64,000 bases of DNA from Methanomassiliicoccales archaeon (GCA_038850735.1 JAWCLO010000010.1:4117-68116), one strand, 5' to 3'. Counted from the first letter of the stretch, positions 19,658 through 30,413 are shown. A program made the numbers and translations. The notes: generated by a model not told the origin, from the sequence alone.

Positions 19658-20760
19658 GCGCTATTTCGTCTGCTGTTGAAATAATCGAAGGTAGCACCCG
19701 CATTCTTGTCCCCAGAGATCATTCAGTAAGAGGACCTGGGAAACGCGTGGATGTCTTCTACAATCGACAAAACGCTTTCAACAGGGATATCAGCGTTATG
19801 TTTTTTTCAGCTCTCAGGTTTTGCGGAGTAGCATTAGATGGACTCGCTGGAACGGGTGTTAGAGCGATCAGAATTTCAAACGAGTTGAATGTTGACTTTG
19901 AGTTTATAATAAATGATGTAAATCGCCTCGCTTTCGAGTTTATCAAGGCAAATATTAAACTCAATCGTCTTGACAATTGTATTGCAAGTAATTCTGATGT
20001 AAGGACTCTTCTCTTTGAAAAGGGATTTGACTATATTGATCTTGATCCATTTGGCTCACCTGTTTTCTATATTGATGCGGCTATTCAGAATTGCCATCGA
20101 GAAGGAATTCTGGCAATTACGGCGACCGATACCGCGGTCCTTGCAGGCACACACACAAGAAAATGCATGCGGCGCTATGGGGCACATTCCATTAGGTGCT
20201 CTTTTGGGCATGAACTGGCATTAAGAATCCTAATTGGTTTTTTGGCTAGAGAGGCTGCGAAATTTGACCGCGGAATACTGCCGCTACTGTGTTTCTATGC
20301 AGACCACTACCTAAGAGTGCACCTGAGACTTTTAGATGGCGCGGGCAATGCAGACGATTCATTGAAGCAACTAGGCTTTATTTATTTTAACCATATCTCG
20401 AAAGAAAGATCGCTTACTCCTCGAGATGATGGTGTCAAAATCGGGCCTTTATGGATGGGAAACCTTTTTGACAAGGATCTATTAAGGAACATGACCATTT
20501 TCGAAACTCTGGCGTGTAAGAAACGTTGCTCAAAGTATCTCGAAATATGGAAAAATGAGTTAGATACTCCGCCTTTTTTCTATGACATCAATGAACTCGC
20601 ATCAGTCTTAAAAGTATCCCCTCCACCTCTGGCGGTTGTTTTTGAGAAACTGAGCAAACATGGAAGAGTTTCGAAGACCCATTTTTCTCCAAGAGGTCTG
20701 AAGTGCGATATTCCATATAATGAATTAATGTCCCTCATCAGAGAAATTTCGATCTCATGA
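19654..20760 (+). CDS. trm1: tRNA (guanine26-N2)-dimethyltransferase
   Basis: DLDPFGSP motif and an overall Trm1-like sequence. The GTG start overlaps the upstream TGA stop. Confidence 0.88.
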   Translation: MSAISSAVEIIEGSTRILVPRDHSVRGPGKRVDVFYNRQNAFNRDISVMFFSALRFCGVALDGLAGTGVRAIRISNELNVDFEFIINDVNRLAFEFIKANIKLNRLDNCIASNSDVRTLLFEKGFDYIDLDPFGSPVFYIDAAIQNCHREGILAITATDTAVLAGTHTRKCMRRYGAHSIRCSFGHELALRILIGFLAREAAKFDRGILPLLCFYADHYLRVHLRLLDGAGNADDSLKQLGFIYFNHISKERSLTPRDDGVKIGPLWMGNLFDKDLLRNMTIFETLACKKRCSKYLEIWKNELDTPPFFYDINELASVLKVSPPPLAVVFEKLSKHGRVSKTHFSPRGLKCDIPYNELMSLIREISIS

Positions 20761-20869
20761 CATAAGACTTGGGATTCTAGAGATATATACATACTAATAA
20801 ACAAGGTTTTTATCCGAATTCGCATTTGTTCAAGAAGGTGATATTCTGCCGACACTCGCAATAATTGGA

Positions 20870-22159
20870 ATGCAATGGGGAGATGAAGGGAAAGGTAAAA
20901 TCGCTGACTATCTTGCGGAAAGGGCTGATATTGTTGTAAGATTTCAAGGTGGAACGAACGCGGGTCATACAATTGCACTTGATAATGAAGTATTCAAGCT
21001 TCATCTTCTTCCCTCTGGCATTATCAGACCGAATACGCTCTCTGTTATTGGAAATGGAGTAGTTGTGGATTTGGAGGAGCTTGTAGAAGAAATGAAGATC
21101 ATTGAAGGCACTGGCAGAAGTCTCGATGGTCTCAGAATTTCTGACAGAGCACACATCATAATGCCTTATCACAAATTACTGGACAGAGTAGAAGAGGCAC
21201 ATCGGGGCAAGAAAGGTGTTGGGACTACGGGACGAGGCATCGGTCCGAGTTACTCAGACAAAATTGCACGTCATGGCATTAGAATTTGTGACTTGTTCGA
21301 TAGAGAAGCACTTGCTGAGAAGCTGGAAATAGTACTCCCAGTTAAGGAGAAAGTGTTAACAGCATATGAAGAATCATATCTCTTTCCCAGGAATGAAATT
21401 TTCGAGAATTTAGTTGGTTACGGAAAATATATTGAAAAGTATGTCACAGACACTTCTAATCTTATCATCGAAGCAATCGCAGATAAAAAGAAAGTCTTAT
21501 TTGAGGGGGCGCAGGGAACGATGCTCGACATTGATCACGGTACTTATCCATATGTGACATCGTCAAATTGTATTAGCGGTGCTATTTGTACTGGTGCAGG
21601 CGTGCCCCCATCTTCAATACAAGAAATCCTTGGTGTGGTTAAAGCATATACAACAAGAGTCGGATCAGGCCCATTCCCAACAGAACTAAACGACGAAACA
21701 GCTTCTTTCCTATTGCAAAGGGGAGGGGAATTTGGTACGACTACGGGAAGACCTCGAAGGTGTGGGTGGTTAGACTTGGTGGTTGTCAATTATGCTGCCA
21801 GGCTGAATGGCATAACTTCGATAGCCGTTACAAAAATAGACGTTTTGAGCGGACTCAAGAAAATAAAGGTAGCAGTGGCATATGAAATCGATGGCGAAAT
21901 TACCACAAATTTTCCGTCAAGTATCGCCAAAATCAAAAAGGCAAAGCCAATATACAAAGAATTTGACGGCTGGGATGAGTGGGTCAGAGACGAAAGAGAA
22001 AGCATTGCTAAGCGAGGTTTCGATGCCCTTCCCAACGAAATGAAGGATTATCTTAACTTCATCTCCAATTTTACTGGCGTACCCATAAGTATAATTAGCA
22101 TTGGTCCAAGAAGGAATGAGACGATCGATCGAAGAGTCCTAGCCTGGTCAAGGAATTAA
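20870..22159 (+). CDS. purA: Adenylosuccinate synthetase
   Basis: QWGDEGKGK P-loop, GTTGRGIGP and TTGRPRRCGW. The true start may lie upstream (see findings). Confidence 0.93.
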   Translation: MQWGDEGKGKIADYLAERADIVVRFQGGTNAGHTIALDNEVFKLHLLPSGIIRPNTLSVIGNGVVVDLEELVEEMKIIEGTGRSLDGLRISDRAHIIMPYHKLLDRVEEAHRGKKGVGTTGRGIGPSYSDKIARHGIRICDLFDREALAEKLEIVLPVKEKVLTAYEESYLFPRNEIFENLVGYGKYIEKYVTDTSNLIIEAIADKKKVLFEGAQGTMLDIDHGTYPYVTSSNCISGAICTGAGVPPSSIQEILGVVKAYTTRVGSGPFPTELNDETASFLLQRGGEFGTTTGRPRRCGWLDLVVVNYAARLNGITSIAVTKIDVLSGLKKIKVAVAYEIDGEITTNFPSSIAKIKKAKPIYKEFDGWDEWVRDERESIAKRGFDALPNEMKDYLNFISNFTGVPISIISIGPRRNETIDRRVLAWSRN

Positions 22160-23484
22160 TCGAGTTTTACCCTCTCAAATCCAGTCGCACGATATGGTTT
22201 GGTGGCATCTATTCCCATTTTTGATGTCACTTCACTTGAACTTGGATCAAGAGAAGAGCCTCCCGCATTGTTGATTATCACGAGTCCGCGAGATGCTTGA
22301 AAACGCGTTGCAATGGCCCACTCTACTTCTCTGTCATTGTAGATGTCAATGTCCTCATCAACAACAATGACCTTTTTCATCGATGGATGACCAGAGAAAG
22401 CTGCGAGTATAGCATTCACGCCGTCGCCTTCGCGGTTCTTAGTGATAGATACTACCCCATGCAACCAGCAACAGCCTCCTTCAGTCAATCTAACGCCATG
22501 AACCTTCGGGACAACTTGGCTTACCGATCTATAGATAAGAGGCTCCCTCGGAAGCCCCATAAGTAGATAATGCTCTAGTCCACCTGGTAGAATGATATGA
22601 AAAAGTGGATGAGGAGACATATAAATTCTTTCTATTTCTACAACGGGCTGGATCCTCTTTTGATCATAGGTGCCCGTGATGTCAACAAACGGCCCTTCCT
22701 CTGTTGTATTCCTTGTTATCTTACCTTCTAGTATGATTTCTGAGTGCGCGGGAACCGTGATTCCGTTCTCAGTTTCTGCAACCTCAAGTGGCTCCCCTGT
22801 GCACGTCTTTCTTAAAGAGCTAGCAATATTTAACTCATCTTGTTCGAATGGTACGGATGTAGCTGCAGAAAGAAGAATAGTAGGACAAACACCTATGCAG
22901 AAAGCAACTTGCAGCTCTTCATTTTCTTCGATTGAAGATTTGTACATTGTAAAAAGGTGCCTTGGAACGAGTCTTATTGCCATTCGATTGCGATCTATGA
23001 GCATTAGGCGATGAAATGAAAGATTTCTCTTTCCTTTGTATTCTGCAACTGCAACAGCTGACGTTATATATCTTCCGCCATCATTGGGAAACCATTTAGG
23101 TATCGGAAGTTTCCTCAAGTCTACTTTCTCAATGATCTTTTCTCTGAATGGAGGATTTTCAATTTTGACAGGCGATACCGGATTTTCTATTGCAGCGAGG
23201 AGTTTCTTCATGATTTCCCTTTTTTCTATGCCAAGAAACCGTGCGATTCTCTCCCTCGTCGACCATAGATTACCAACAACCTCACAACCATTGATGTTTT
23301 GAAAGATAACAGGTTTATCTGGATTCTTCATGAGCCACTTTGTAACTTCAAATTCAGTCGATACTTTATTTCTTACAAATACCGCATCGCTGAGATCTGA
23401 AATTATTCGTCGAAGAGACATAAGATGGTAATAATCGTAACCCCTATAATACCCATTCCAATCAGCTGCAATCGAATCATTCAC
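22156..23484 (-). CDS. UbiD-family (prenylated-FMN dependent) decarboxylase
   Basis: Length of 442 aa with family-typical blocks (RLMLIDRNRMAIRL, EGPFVDITGTYD). Confidence 0.8.
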   Translation of the reverse strand: MNDSIAADWNGYYRGYDYYHLMSLRRIISDLSDAVFVRNKVSTEFEVTKWLMKNPDKPVIFQNINGCEVVGNLWSTRERIARFLGIEKREIMKKLLAAIENPVSPVKIENPPFREKIIEKVDLRKLPIPKWFPNDGGRYITSAVAVAEYKGKRNLSFHRLMLIDRNRMAIRLVPRHLFTMYKSSIEENEELQVAFCIGVCPTILLSAATSVPFEQDELNIASSLRKTCTGEPLEVAETENGITVPAHSEIILEGKITRNTTEEGPFVDITGTYDQKRIQPVVEIERIYMSPHPLFHIILPGGLEHYLLMGLPREPLIYRSVSQVVPKVHGVRLTEGGCCWLHGVVSITKNREGDGVNAILAAFSGHPSMKKVIVVDEDIDIYNDREVEWAIATRFQASRGLVIINNAGGSSLDPSSSEVTSKMGIDATKPYRATGFERVKLD

Positions 23485-23542
23485 TTTGTATGCGAATAGG
23501 TGACGCTGAGTCCATACAAAAGATAAAATAGAACTTTGGTAA

Positions 23543-25249
23543 ATGCCAGCCTACATGGATTCTAATGCCATTCGAGGCATTGTAAGGAAATATGCTCTCC
23601 AGAACGCTGTCTTTTTTAACGGAAAGGCAGACGTCAAAGCAGTAATCGGGAAGGTACTAGCCGAACAACCTGAATTGAAAAAAAATGCGAAGGAGATTGC
23701 TGCTATCGTTACAACAGAGATTCAAAAAATTAACGAGCTTTCGTTAGAGGAACAACGCAGAGAACTTGAAAGTATCGACCCCACACTCTTGGAAAAGAAG
23801 GTGAGGGGCGAAAGAGAGCATTTGTTGCCTGACTTACCTGGCGCGAAAGAGGGTAAGGTTGTGATGAGGTTCGCTCCGGGTCCATCAGGACCGCTACACA
23901 TTGGTCATACTAGAGTCGCGATTTTAAACGATGAATACGTCAAGCGTTACAATGGAACATTTATTAATAGAATCGAAGACACGAATCCTGAGAAAATTGA
24001 TCCCGAAGCATATGATATGATTCGAGAAGATCTCGATTGGCTAGGAGTAAGGGTTCATCAAACCGTCATCCAGAGTTCCAGAATGGAGTTGTATTATGAT
24101 ATTGCGAGACAGCTCATTGATATGGGAAAAGCTTACGTTTGCACATGTCCTGTTGAGTCCTGGAGGAAATTGAAGGAGAACGGGAAGCCGTGTCCTCACA
24201 GGGAACTCCCAAAGGAAATTCAGCATGAAGAATTCGACAGGATGCTTTCTGGCTTTTACCCTGAGGAAAAGGCGATATTGGTAGTGAAAACAGATTTAGA
24301 TCATCCGAATCCTGCGATAAGGGATTTCGTAGGTCTTCGGATCGTCGATTCCGTCCCTCATCCCCTTACGGGTACTCGTTATAGAGTTTATCCAATGATG
24401 AATTTTAGCGTTGCAATTGATGATCACTTTCTTGGAATGACCCACGTTTTTCGTGGTAAAGATCACTTGAATAATACGCAGAGACAGGAATACATATTCA
24501 GATACTTCGGGTGGAAACTTCCGTGGTACCATCATTATGGTCTCGTTTCAGTTCCTGACCTACTTCTCAAAACCTCTTATATCGCTAAAGGAATCAAGAA
24601 AGGCGAGTATTCAGGTTGGGATGATGTTCGCCTGGGAACCGTGAGGGCGCTAAAGAGAAGGGGTATAAGTCCAGAATCAATTCGTCAATATTGGCTTGAA
24701 TGCGGCATTAAAGATGTAGACATACATTTTTCATGGGAAACGCTCTACTCTCTTAATAAACAATTTGTGGACCCCTTAGCAAATAGATATTTCTTTGTAT
24801 GGGATCCTGTTTTGGTGTCAATTTGCGGCGTTGACGAACTCGAATCCCACGCGCCGTTTCATCCCGATCACCCTGATCGCGGTATTAGACATATGATGTT
24901 GAAAGGATCACCCATTCGAATCTATCTGACCAAAACCGATCTTGAATCTATAAAATGGAAGGGCAGATTGAGACTGAAAGATCTATGCAATGTACATCTA
25001 AATGAGACAGTTGCTCAATATACAGGCAACGACCTTTCAATATTGAAGGAAGGCGTGAAAATCGTTCACTGGGTTCCAGAATATGGTAAACGTGCTACCA
25101 TATTGATGCCTGATGGAAGCAAAAAGGAAGGCTACGCAGAACCGATTTTGCCGCAGGATGTTGGTAGGGTCGTGCAATTTGAGCGGTTCGGATTTGTTAA
25201 GATCGAATCGATTGACCCAGAAATAACGGCAGTTTTTACTCATACTTGA
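23543..25249 (+). CDS. gltX: Glutamyl-tRNA synthetase, archaeal type
   Basis: HIGH motif (PSGPLHIGHTR), GWDDVRLGTVRALKRRG and a 568-aa archaeal/eukaryal-type length. Confidence 0.9.
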   Translation: MPAYMDSNAIRGIVRKYALQNAVFFNGKADVKAVIGKVLAEQPELKKNAKEIAAIVTTEIQKINELSLEEQRRELESIDPTLLEKKVRGEREHLLPDLPGAKEGKVVMRFAPGPSGPLHIGHTRVAILNDEYVKRYNGTFINRIEDTNPEKIDPEAYDMIREDLDWLGVRVHQTVIQSSRMELYYDIARQLIDMGKAYVCTCPVESWRKLKENGKPCPHRELPKEIQHEEFDRMLSGFYPEEKAILVVKTDLDHPNPAIRDFVGLRIVDSVPHPLTGTRYRVYPMMNFSVAIDDHFLGMTHVFRGKDHLNNTQRQEYIFRYFGWKLPWYHHYGLVSVPDLLLKTSYIAKGIKKGEYSGWDDVRLGTVRALKRRGISPESIRQYWLECGIKDVDIHFSWETLYSLNKQFVDPLANRYFFVWDPVLVSICGVDELESHAPFHPDHPDRGIRHMMLKGSPIRIYLTKTDLESIKWKGRLRLKDLCNVHLNETVAQYTGNDLSILKEGVKIVHWVPEYGKRATILMPDGSKKEGYAEPILPQDVGRVVQFERFGFVKIESIDPEITAVFTHT

Positions 25250-25296
25250 TTAAAAACACGGTCGACAGCAATCTCAAATTCTTTTCCATGGCACTC

Positions 25297-27213
25297 TTAA
25301 ATAGAAGTTAGGAGGAAATTAGCTATTGTACCCATAGCTAATGACAACATGAGGGAAAATAACAAAATCATAAGTGTCTTTTTTGCATTGAATTCTCTAA
25401 GAAGCACTGCAATTGTAGATAAACATGGTATATATGTCGCCATTACTAGACCAAATACAAAAAGTTGATTTGGCGATAAGACGAGGGCCAAATTTGTAGT
25501 TCCGAAAAGCAAAACCAACAATTGAAAGGCCATTTCTTTTCTTAGAATTCCAAATATCAACGCAATAATCGTCACCGAAGGCAAACCAAGCAATCCTAAA
25601 GTCAGAAATGACATCGGCTCAACGATCATTTCGAGCACTTGAAATTCAATAAGAACCTCTAGTAACAGGCTTCCGATGAAAAGAATTGGGAAAGCTACAA
25701 TAAAAAAATCTCTTATTCTTATGTAGGTCTTGAAAAAAATATTCTTGAATTTTGGAATGACGAGATCCGGCATTTCCATCGCAACACTTGACGGCTCCAG
25801 CTTTACGAGTTTATGCATGAGCCGACCGATCGCTAAGAGTATCAAGAACAAAATTGCTATAATTCCCAATGCATAAGTAAGTCCGCCATAATGTCCGACA
25901 ACGCCAAATATGATTGCGAGTTGTGCAGAACATGGTATAGACATCACTATAAGTGTCGCAAGGATGAGCCTCTCTCTTTTTGACTCGAGAATTCTTGTGG
26001 CAAGTATTGCTGGTACATTGCAGCCCACGCCAACAATCATCGGAATAATCGCACGCCCATGCAATCCAAGTCTATGCATCAAACCATCAAGTAATGCAAC
26101 TGTTCTAGGAAGATATCCAGTATCTTCAAGAATGGCAAGAATGAGGTAAAAAACGAAAATATACGGTATGACTATTGACAGTATTGCCTGCAGGCTGAGA
26201 TCTATGCCTCGAGAAATTGCAATACCAATCTGGCCACCAATGAATGATGCAAGGCTACTAAAGAGGTCTTCTGTAATTTTTTTGTAAGTTTCCACTAGCC
26301 AAGATTCAATGAATCCGCCAAGATATACTATGGAAAGGAAAACGGTTGCGAGTATGAGAATCAATATGGGTATTCCCGTTATCGGTCGAATTGTTATCCG
26401 TGAAACCTTTTCTCCTAGAGTCTCTTCTCTTTCTATTTCTCCAACAACCTGTGAGGCGATTCTGCCAGCCTCGCCATATCTATCGCGACCGATATGTACG
26501 TCGATAGTCTCATGATGTGTATTTTCAAATTCGATTTTGAGCTCCTCCGAAAGATTCTTGACTTCGTCGCAGAAAAACTCGCTAAAAAAATGATTTCCCT
26601 CGAGCAATTTGAGTAATGCTCCCCTAAGATTATATTCTGTTTTCCATTCTTTAACGTGATCTGCTAATTCTTGAAGGATTCTCTCAATGTGTGTATCGTA
26701 CCTGACGACAAAGCTTGATCGCTGAATTGTTCTATTTGAAATTAACGACAAAAGATCATTAATGCCTTCGCCAGTGATCGCAACCGTAGGAATTACTGGT
26801 ATCTCTAGGATTCTCGATAAAAGCTGAGTATCGATCTTATATCTTCTCCGGGCGATATCCATGAAATTTAGTGCTACGATCACTCTGTATCCCAATTCAA
26901 TCAATTGCAAGATCAGAACAATGCTCTGCACAAGGCGAGTTGCATCTGCAACAACGATAAGAATATCCGGTTTTTTCTCTGCAAGAAGCTTCGTGGCGAC
27001 TATTTCATCTTCAGAGATCCCTGAAAGCGAATATATGCCTGGTAGATCATAAAAAAGCAAGGTTTCGCCGCGAAAAGTTATTTTCCCCTCTTCGAATTCA
27101 ACGGTCGTTCCCGGATAATTCGAAGAAATGACGCCAATGCCAGTGATTTTACTAAACAGTACGGACTTACCCACATTTGGATTTCCTAAAAGAGCAATCC
27201 GCATCATTCGCAC
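25297..27213 (-). CDS. feoB: Ferrous iron transporter FeoB
   Basis: N-terminal G-domain GNPNVGKS, DLPG and NFMD motifs, followed by a polytopic membrane domain. Confidence 0.93.
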   Translation of the reverse strand: MRMMRIALLGNPNVGKSVLFSKITGIGVISSNYPGTTVEFEEGKITFRGETLLFYDLPGIYSLSGISEDEIVATKLLAEKKPDILIVVADATRLVQSIVLILQLIELGYRVIVALNFMDIARRRYKIDTQLLSRILEIPVIPTVAITGEGINDLLSLISNRTIQRSSFVVRYDTHIERILQELADHVKEWKTEYNLRGALLKLLEGNHFFSEFFCDEVKNLSEELKIEFENTHHETIDVHIGRDRYGEAGRIASQVVGEIEREETLGEKVSRITIRPITGIPILILILATVFLSIVYLGGFIESWLVETYKKITEDLFSSLASFIGGQIGIAISRGIDLSLQAILSIVIPYIFVFYLILAILEDTGYLPRTVALLDGLMHRLGLHGRAIIPMIVGVGCNVPAILATRILESKRERLILATLIVMSIPCSAQLAIIFGVVGHYGGLTYALGIIAILFLILLAIGRLMHKLVKLEPSSVAMEMPDLVIPKFKNIFFKTYIRIRDFFIVAFPILFIGSLLLEVLIEFQVLEMIVEPMSFLTLGLLGLPSVTIIALIFGILRKEMAFQLLVLLFGTTNLALVLSPNQLFVFGLVMATYIPCLSTIAVLLREFNAKKTLMILLFSLMLSLAMGTIANFLLTSI

Positions 27214-27872
27214 CTTTTAATGTGTACGAGCGATGCATAATCCCTTCCCAGCGCTATTCTCGTGTCATTAATTTTCACAATTAGTGGGCCGCCAACTGGA
27301 ATACTTTGTTCAACAATCACGTTTCTGCCCGGTACGAATCCCATAGATACTAGCCGTCGAATTTTCGTTGCATTTTCGTTACACATCAAATGGGTAATGA
27401 TTCCCTTTTCGCCGCTATCCATTTTTGATAGCGGCAAAGATTGTTCGGTGTTGCATAATTTGCATTCCCCCTCACATTTCGGTATGGGACTTCCGTCTGG
27501 GCAAATCTGTGGATTCTCCATTAATTGACAAATCTTTTTTTCAATTTCATCGGAAAGAATATGCTCTAGCTTGCATGCTTCCTCATGGCTCTCTTCCTTC
27601 CTCATTCCAAGAATTCTGACCAAAAAAGACTCAAGAAGACGATGCTTTCTTTTGATTTTTAGTGCAACCCTCAAACCCTCTTGTGTAAGCGATACCCCTC
27701 TATACTTTTCGTACGTAACATACCCATTGGAAGAAAGTCTCCCGAGCATTTCAGTAACAGAGGCTGGCTTAACGCTCATACATCTTGCAATCGTACTGGT
27801 CTTGGCGGGTTTCCCATTCCGAGTCAGATCATAAATACATTCAATATATTCTTCTGTTTTGTCGCTCGGCAT
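27204..27872 (-). CDS. DtxR/MntR-family metal-dependent repressor with a C-terminal FeoA/SH3-like domain
   Basis: EEYIECIYDL start of the wHTH region, a metal-site helix (EESHEEACKLEHILS), a Cys-rich linker and a FeoA-like tail (GEKGIITHL...GPLIVKINDTRIALG). An alternative start lies at 27902. The stop overlaps the feoB start by 10 nt. Confidence 0.85.
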   Translation of the reverse strand: MPSDKTEEYIECIYDLTRNGKPAKTSTIARCMSVKPASVTEMLGRLSSNGYVTYEKYRGVSLTQEGLRVALKIKRKHRLLESFLVRILGMRKEESHEEACKLEHILSDEIEKKICQLMENPQICPDGSPIPKCEGECKLCNTEQSLPLSKMDSGEKGIITHLMCNENATKIRRLVSMGFVPGRNVIVEQSIPVGGPLIVKINDTRIALGRDYASLVHIKRCE

Positions 27873-27975
27873 CAATAAGAAAATGATTCTCGTTCTATTC
27901 ATTCTTTTGGGTTCCCTAAATATCTTTTTGATAAGGCGTCATGATGTGGCCAGCATAGATGGACAAAAAATGAAC

Positions 27976-29019
27976 TTAAAAATCTCTAAATGGTACCAAG
28001 TCGCAACAGGTGCAAGCATGGCACATAGTTCTAAAGCTTCGTGTTGATAGTTGATACAACTCGAGGATTTCCTTATGTTCAAGACCTAGTTTGATCAATC
28101 TATCCGGTGATATTGCCTTTAATTCATATCCAAGTGCACTTTCTAGTCGCTCTTTGTTCAGATTGTTGATTCTTAAGGGACGAAGAGTGGCGACGCATCC
28201 CATCCTAGCAAGGTGTTCAACTCCAGCAAGGATGTTGTCGTCACTTTCACCGAGACCAACTATGATATTTGAGCATACTTTCCCAACGCCGAATAGACGA
28301 ACTGCATTCAGTATCATTTTAAGAATTCTATCAAATTCAAGTTTATTGCAGATTTTGTAGAAGATTTCTCTATTGTATGTTTCAATATTGATTTTGATTT
28401 CATCGGCACCGGCTGCCCTAAGCATTTCGATATCCTCGATTGTATCAACATAAGGTTCAACGCCAATTGGAACCTCGGGATCGAGCTGTTCCCTTACTCT
28501 AGAGACAATATATGCCATCTTCTGTGCCGTTTGATGCGGCGATTCTGCAACAGCACTTGTTAAAGCAACGGCCTTGAAATCATCTCGTCTCGACGCTGCA
28601 ACGATCATATCAATAATTTTCTCGGCATCTAGTCTTTTGACAATTTTTGAATCGATTCTTTTGGTGAAACAGAATTTACAGTCATAAATACAAGAGGTCT
28701 CTATATTGAAGAAAGCCTGTTCCGGAGAATGAAATAGCGTGGGCTCAAACTTAACATTTTCCAAAAAAGTTGCACCTTTGTGCATGAGGGCATAACTCCC
28801 ATCCTTTAGTACGAGTTCGAAGTCACCATGATCCCTAGATATTTCTTTCTTGACTCTCAACCCGCCAAAAGATAACACTATCGCAGGCTTCCCAGCACCT
28901 GGACCTGCCGTAGACCTACTCAAGCGAAATGGAATGGAAATGTCCGAAGGTATTCGCACTGCCCCCCCGGTGATTAGAACTGCCTTCTTCCTTACGAGTT
29001 CTAATCTGGTTTTTTCCAT
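27976..29019 (-). CDS. Radical SAM protein of unassigned subfamily with a Cys-rich C-terminal tail
   Basis: CIYDCKFCF (CxxxCxxC) about 110 aa from the N-terminus, and a C-terminal CHACTCCD. The start overlaps the cysS stop by 19 nt. Confidence 0.8.
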   Translation of the reverse strand: MEKTRLELVRKKAVLITGGAVRIPSDISIPFRLSRSTAGPGAGKPAIVLSFGGLRVKKEISRDHGDFELVLKDGSYALMHKGATFLENVKFEPTLFHSPEQAFFNIETSCIYDCKFCFTKRIDSKIVKRLDAEKIIDMIVAASRRDDFKAVALTSAVAESPHQTAQKMAYIVSRVREQLDPEVPIGVEPYVDTIEDIEMLRAAGADEIKINIETYNREIFYKICNKLEFDRILKMILNAVRLFGVGKVCSNIIVGLGESDDNILAGVEHLARMGCVATLRPLRINNLNKERLESALGYELKAISPDRLIKLGLEHKEILELYQLSTRSFRTMCHACTCCDLVPFRDF

Positions 29020-30413
29020 TTTACTCCCTCTGCTGTATCCTCCAACTTTATTCCTCTTTCGGCCAGCATTTTTCTGATTTGGTCGGCTAAATCGTAGATT
29101 TTGCGTTTTCTTAATTCCTGACGAATCTCAATGATCATCTGAACGAGATCATTTACGAGGTGAGATCTATCATTTTTTTTCTTTGCATCCTTCGGCAAAA
29201 TGCCCAACACCTCGTCAACTTCCTCTAAAAAAGCAATTATCTGATTCGCCCCTTCGTTGCCAAGCTTCTGTTGTGCCATCAACTTATTAACGTCTCTTAC
29301 AAAATCAAAGAGCGTTGCAATGGCGCCCCTTGTGTTGAAATCATCATCCATGAATTTCACGAAATTGCTGCGTGTCGAAGATATAAGGTCAGATACCTCT
29401 TCGTTTCCGCCGAGGTTACCTATGCAATTTTTCAATTCTAAATATGTGTTGTGCAATCTTTTTAGACTAACAGCAGCCTCCTTTAACGCAGCGTCACTAT
29501 ATGAAAGCGGCCCCCTGTAATGTGTATTAAGTATGAAAAACCTGATTTCTTCCTTCGTATATTCATTAAGCAGTTGTCGCACTGTAAAGAAATTTTTCAG
29601 GGATTTTGACATCTTTTCTTCCTGCACTTGAAGCATACCGTTATGTAACCAATAACGCGCCATCAATTTACCAGTCACCACTTTTGATTGAAGAATTTCA
29701 TTTTCATGGTGCGGAAATATGAGATCATTTCCTCCTCCATGGATATCAATTGTTTCTCCCAGGAGATTTAGACACATCGCAGAACACTCGATATGCCAGC
29801 CCGGCCTGCCATTTCCCCATGGACTCGGCCATGATATTTCTCCTGGTTTTGCACCCTTCCAGAGGGCAAAGTCTGCTGGATTTCTTTTAAATTCATCAAC
29901 TTCCACACGTGCTCCTGCGATTAATTCCTCGACTCGAGCACCTGATAAAACACCATATTCTTCGACTTTGTCCATGCTGAAGTACACGCTGCCATCATCT
30001 GTTTTATAAGCAAAACCTGCGTCTTCTATTCTCTTGATCATGTCTATAATTTGAGGTATGAACTCACTCGCACGAGGATAGTGGTCTGCCCTTTTCACAC
30101 CTAGTGCTTCAATCTCTTCAAAATAGCGTTTAATATAAATCTCCGAAAGCTCGAGTGGTGAAATACCTAGCTCATTAGCTCTGTTTATAATCTTATCATC
30201 GACATCTGTAAAATTCGTTACATGGGTGACTTCGTATCCTCGATACCTCAAATATCTAGCAATCATGTCAAATACGATTATATGCCTGGCGTGACCCATG
30301 TGCAAATCATCATAAACTGTAACTCCACACACATACATCTTCACCTTTTTATCTTCTAATGGAATGAATGGTTCCTTCTTCTTCGTTAAGGTATTATACA
30401 CTTCTAAAGTCAT
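29001..30413 (-). CDS. cysS: Cysteinyl-tRNA synthetase
   Basis: HMGHAR (HIGH) and KMSKS motifs. The start is taken at MTLEVYNTLT. Confidence 0.93.
   Translation of the reverse strand: MTLEVYNTLTKKKEPFIPLEDKKVKMYVCGVTVYDDLHMGHARHIIVFDMIARYLRYRGYEVTHVTNFTDVDDKIINRANELGISPLELSEIYIKRYFEEIEALGVKRADHYPRASEFIPQIIDMIKRIEDAGFAYKTDDGSVYFSMDKVEEYGVLSGARVEELIAGARVEVDEFKRNPADFALWKGAKPGEISWPSPWGNGRPGWHIECSAMCLNLLGETIDIHGGGNDLIFPHHENEILQSKVVTGKLMARYWLHNGMLQVQEEKMSKSLKNFFTVRQLLNEYTKEEIRFFILNTHYRGPLSYSDAALKEAAVSLKRLHNTYLELKNCIGNLGGNEEVSDLISSTRSNFVKFMDDDFNTRGAIATLFDFVRDVNKLMAQQKLGNEGANQIIAFLEEVDEVLGILPKDAKKKNDRSHLVNDLVQMIIEIRQELRKRKIYDLADQIRKMLAERGIKLEDTAEGVKWKKPD

Noticed and set aside
22156-22159. The purA and ubiD stop codons share the tetranucleotide TTAA (convergent 4-nt overlap).
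   Set aside because: This is a trivial consequence of compact genome packing and has no implied function.
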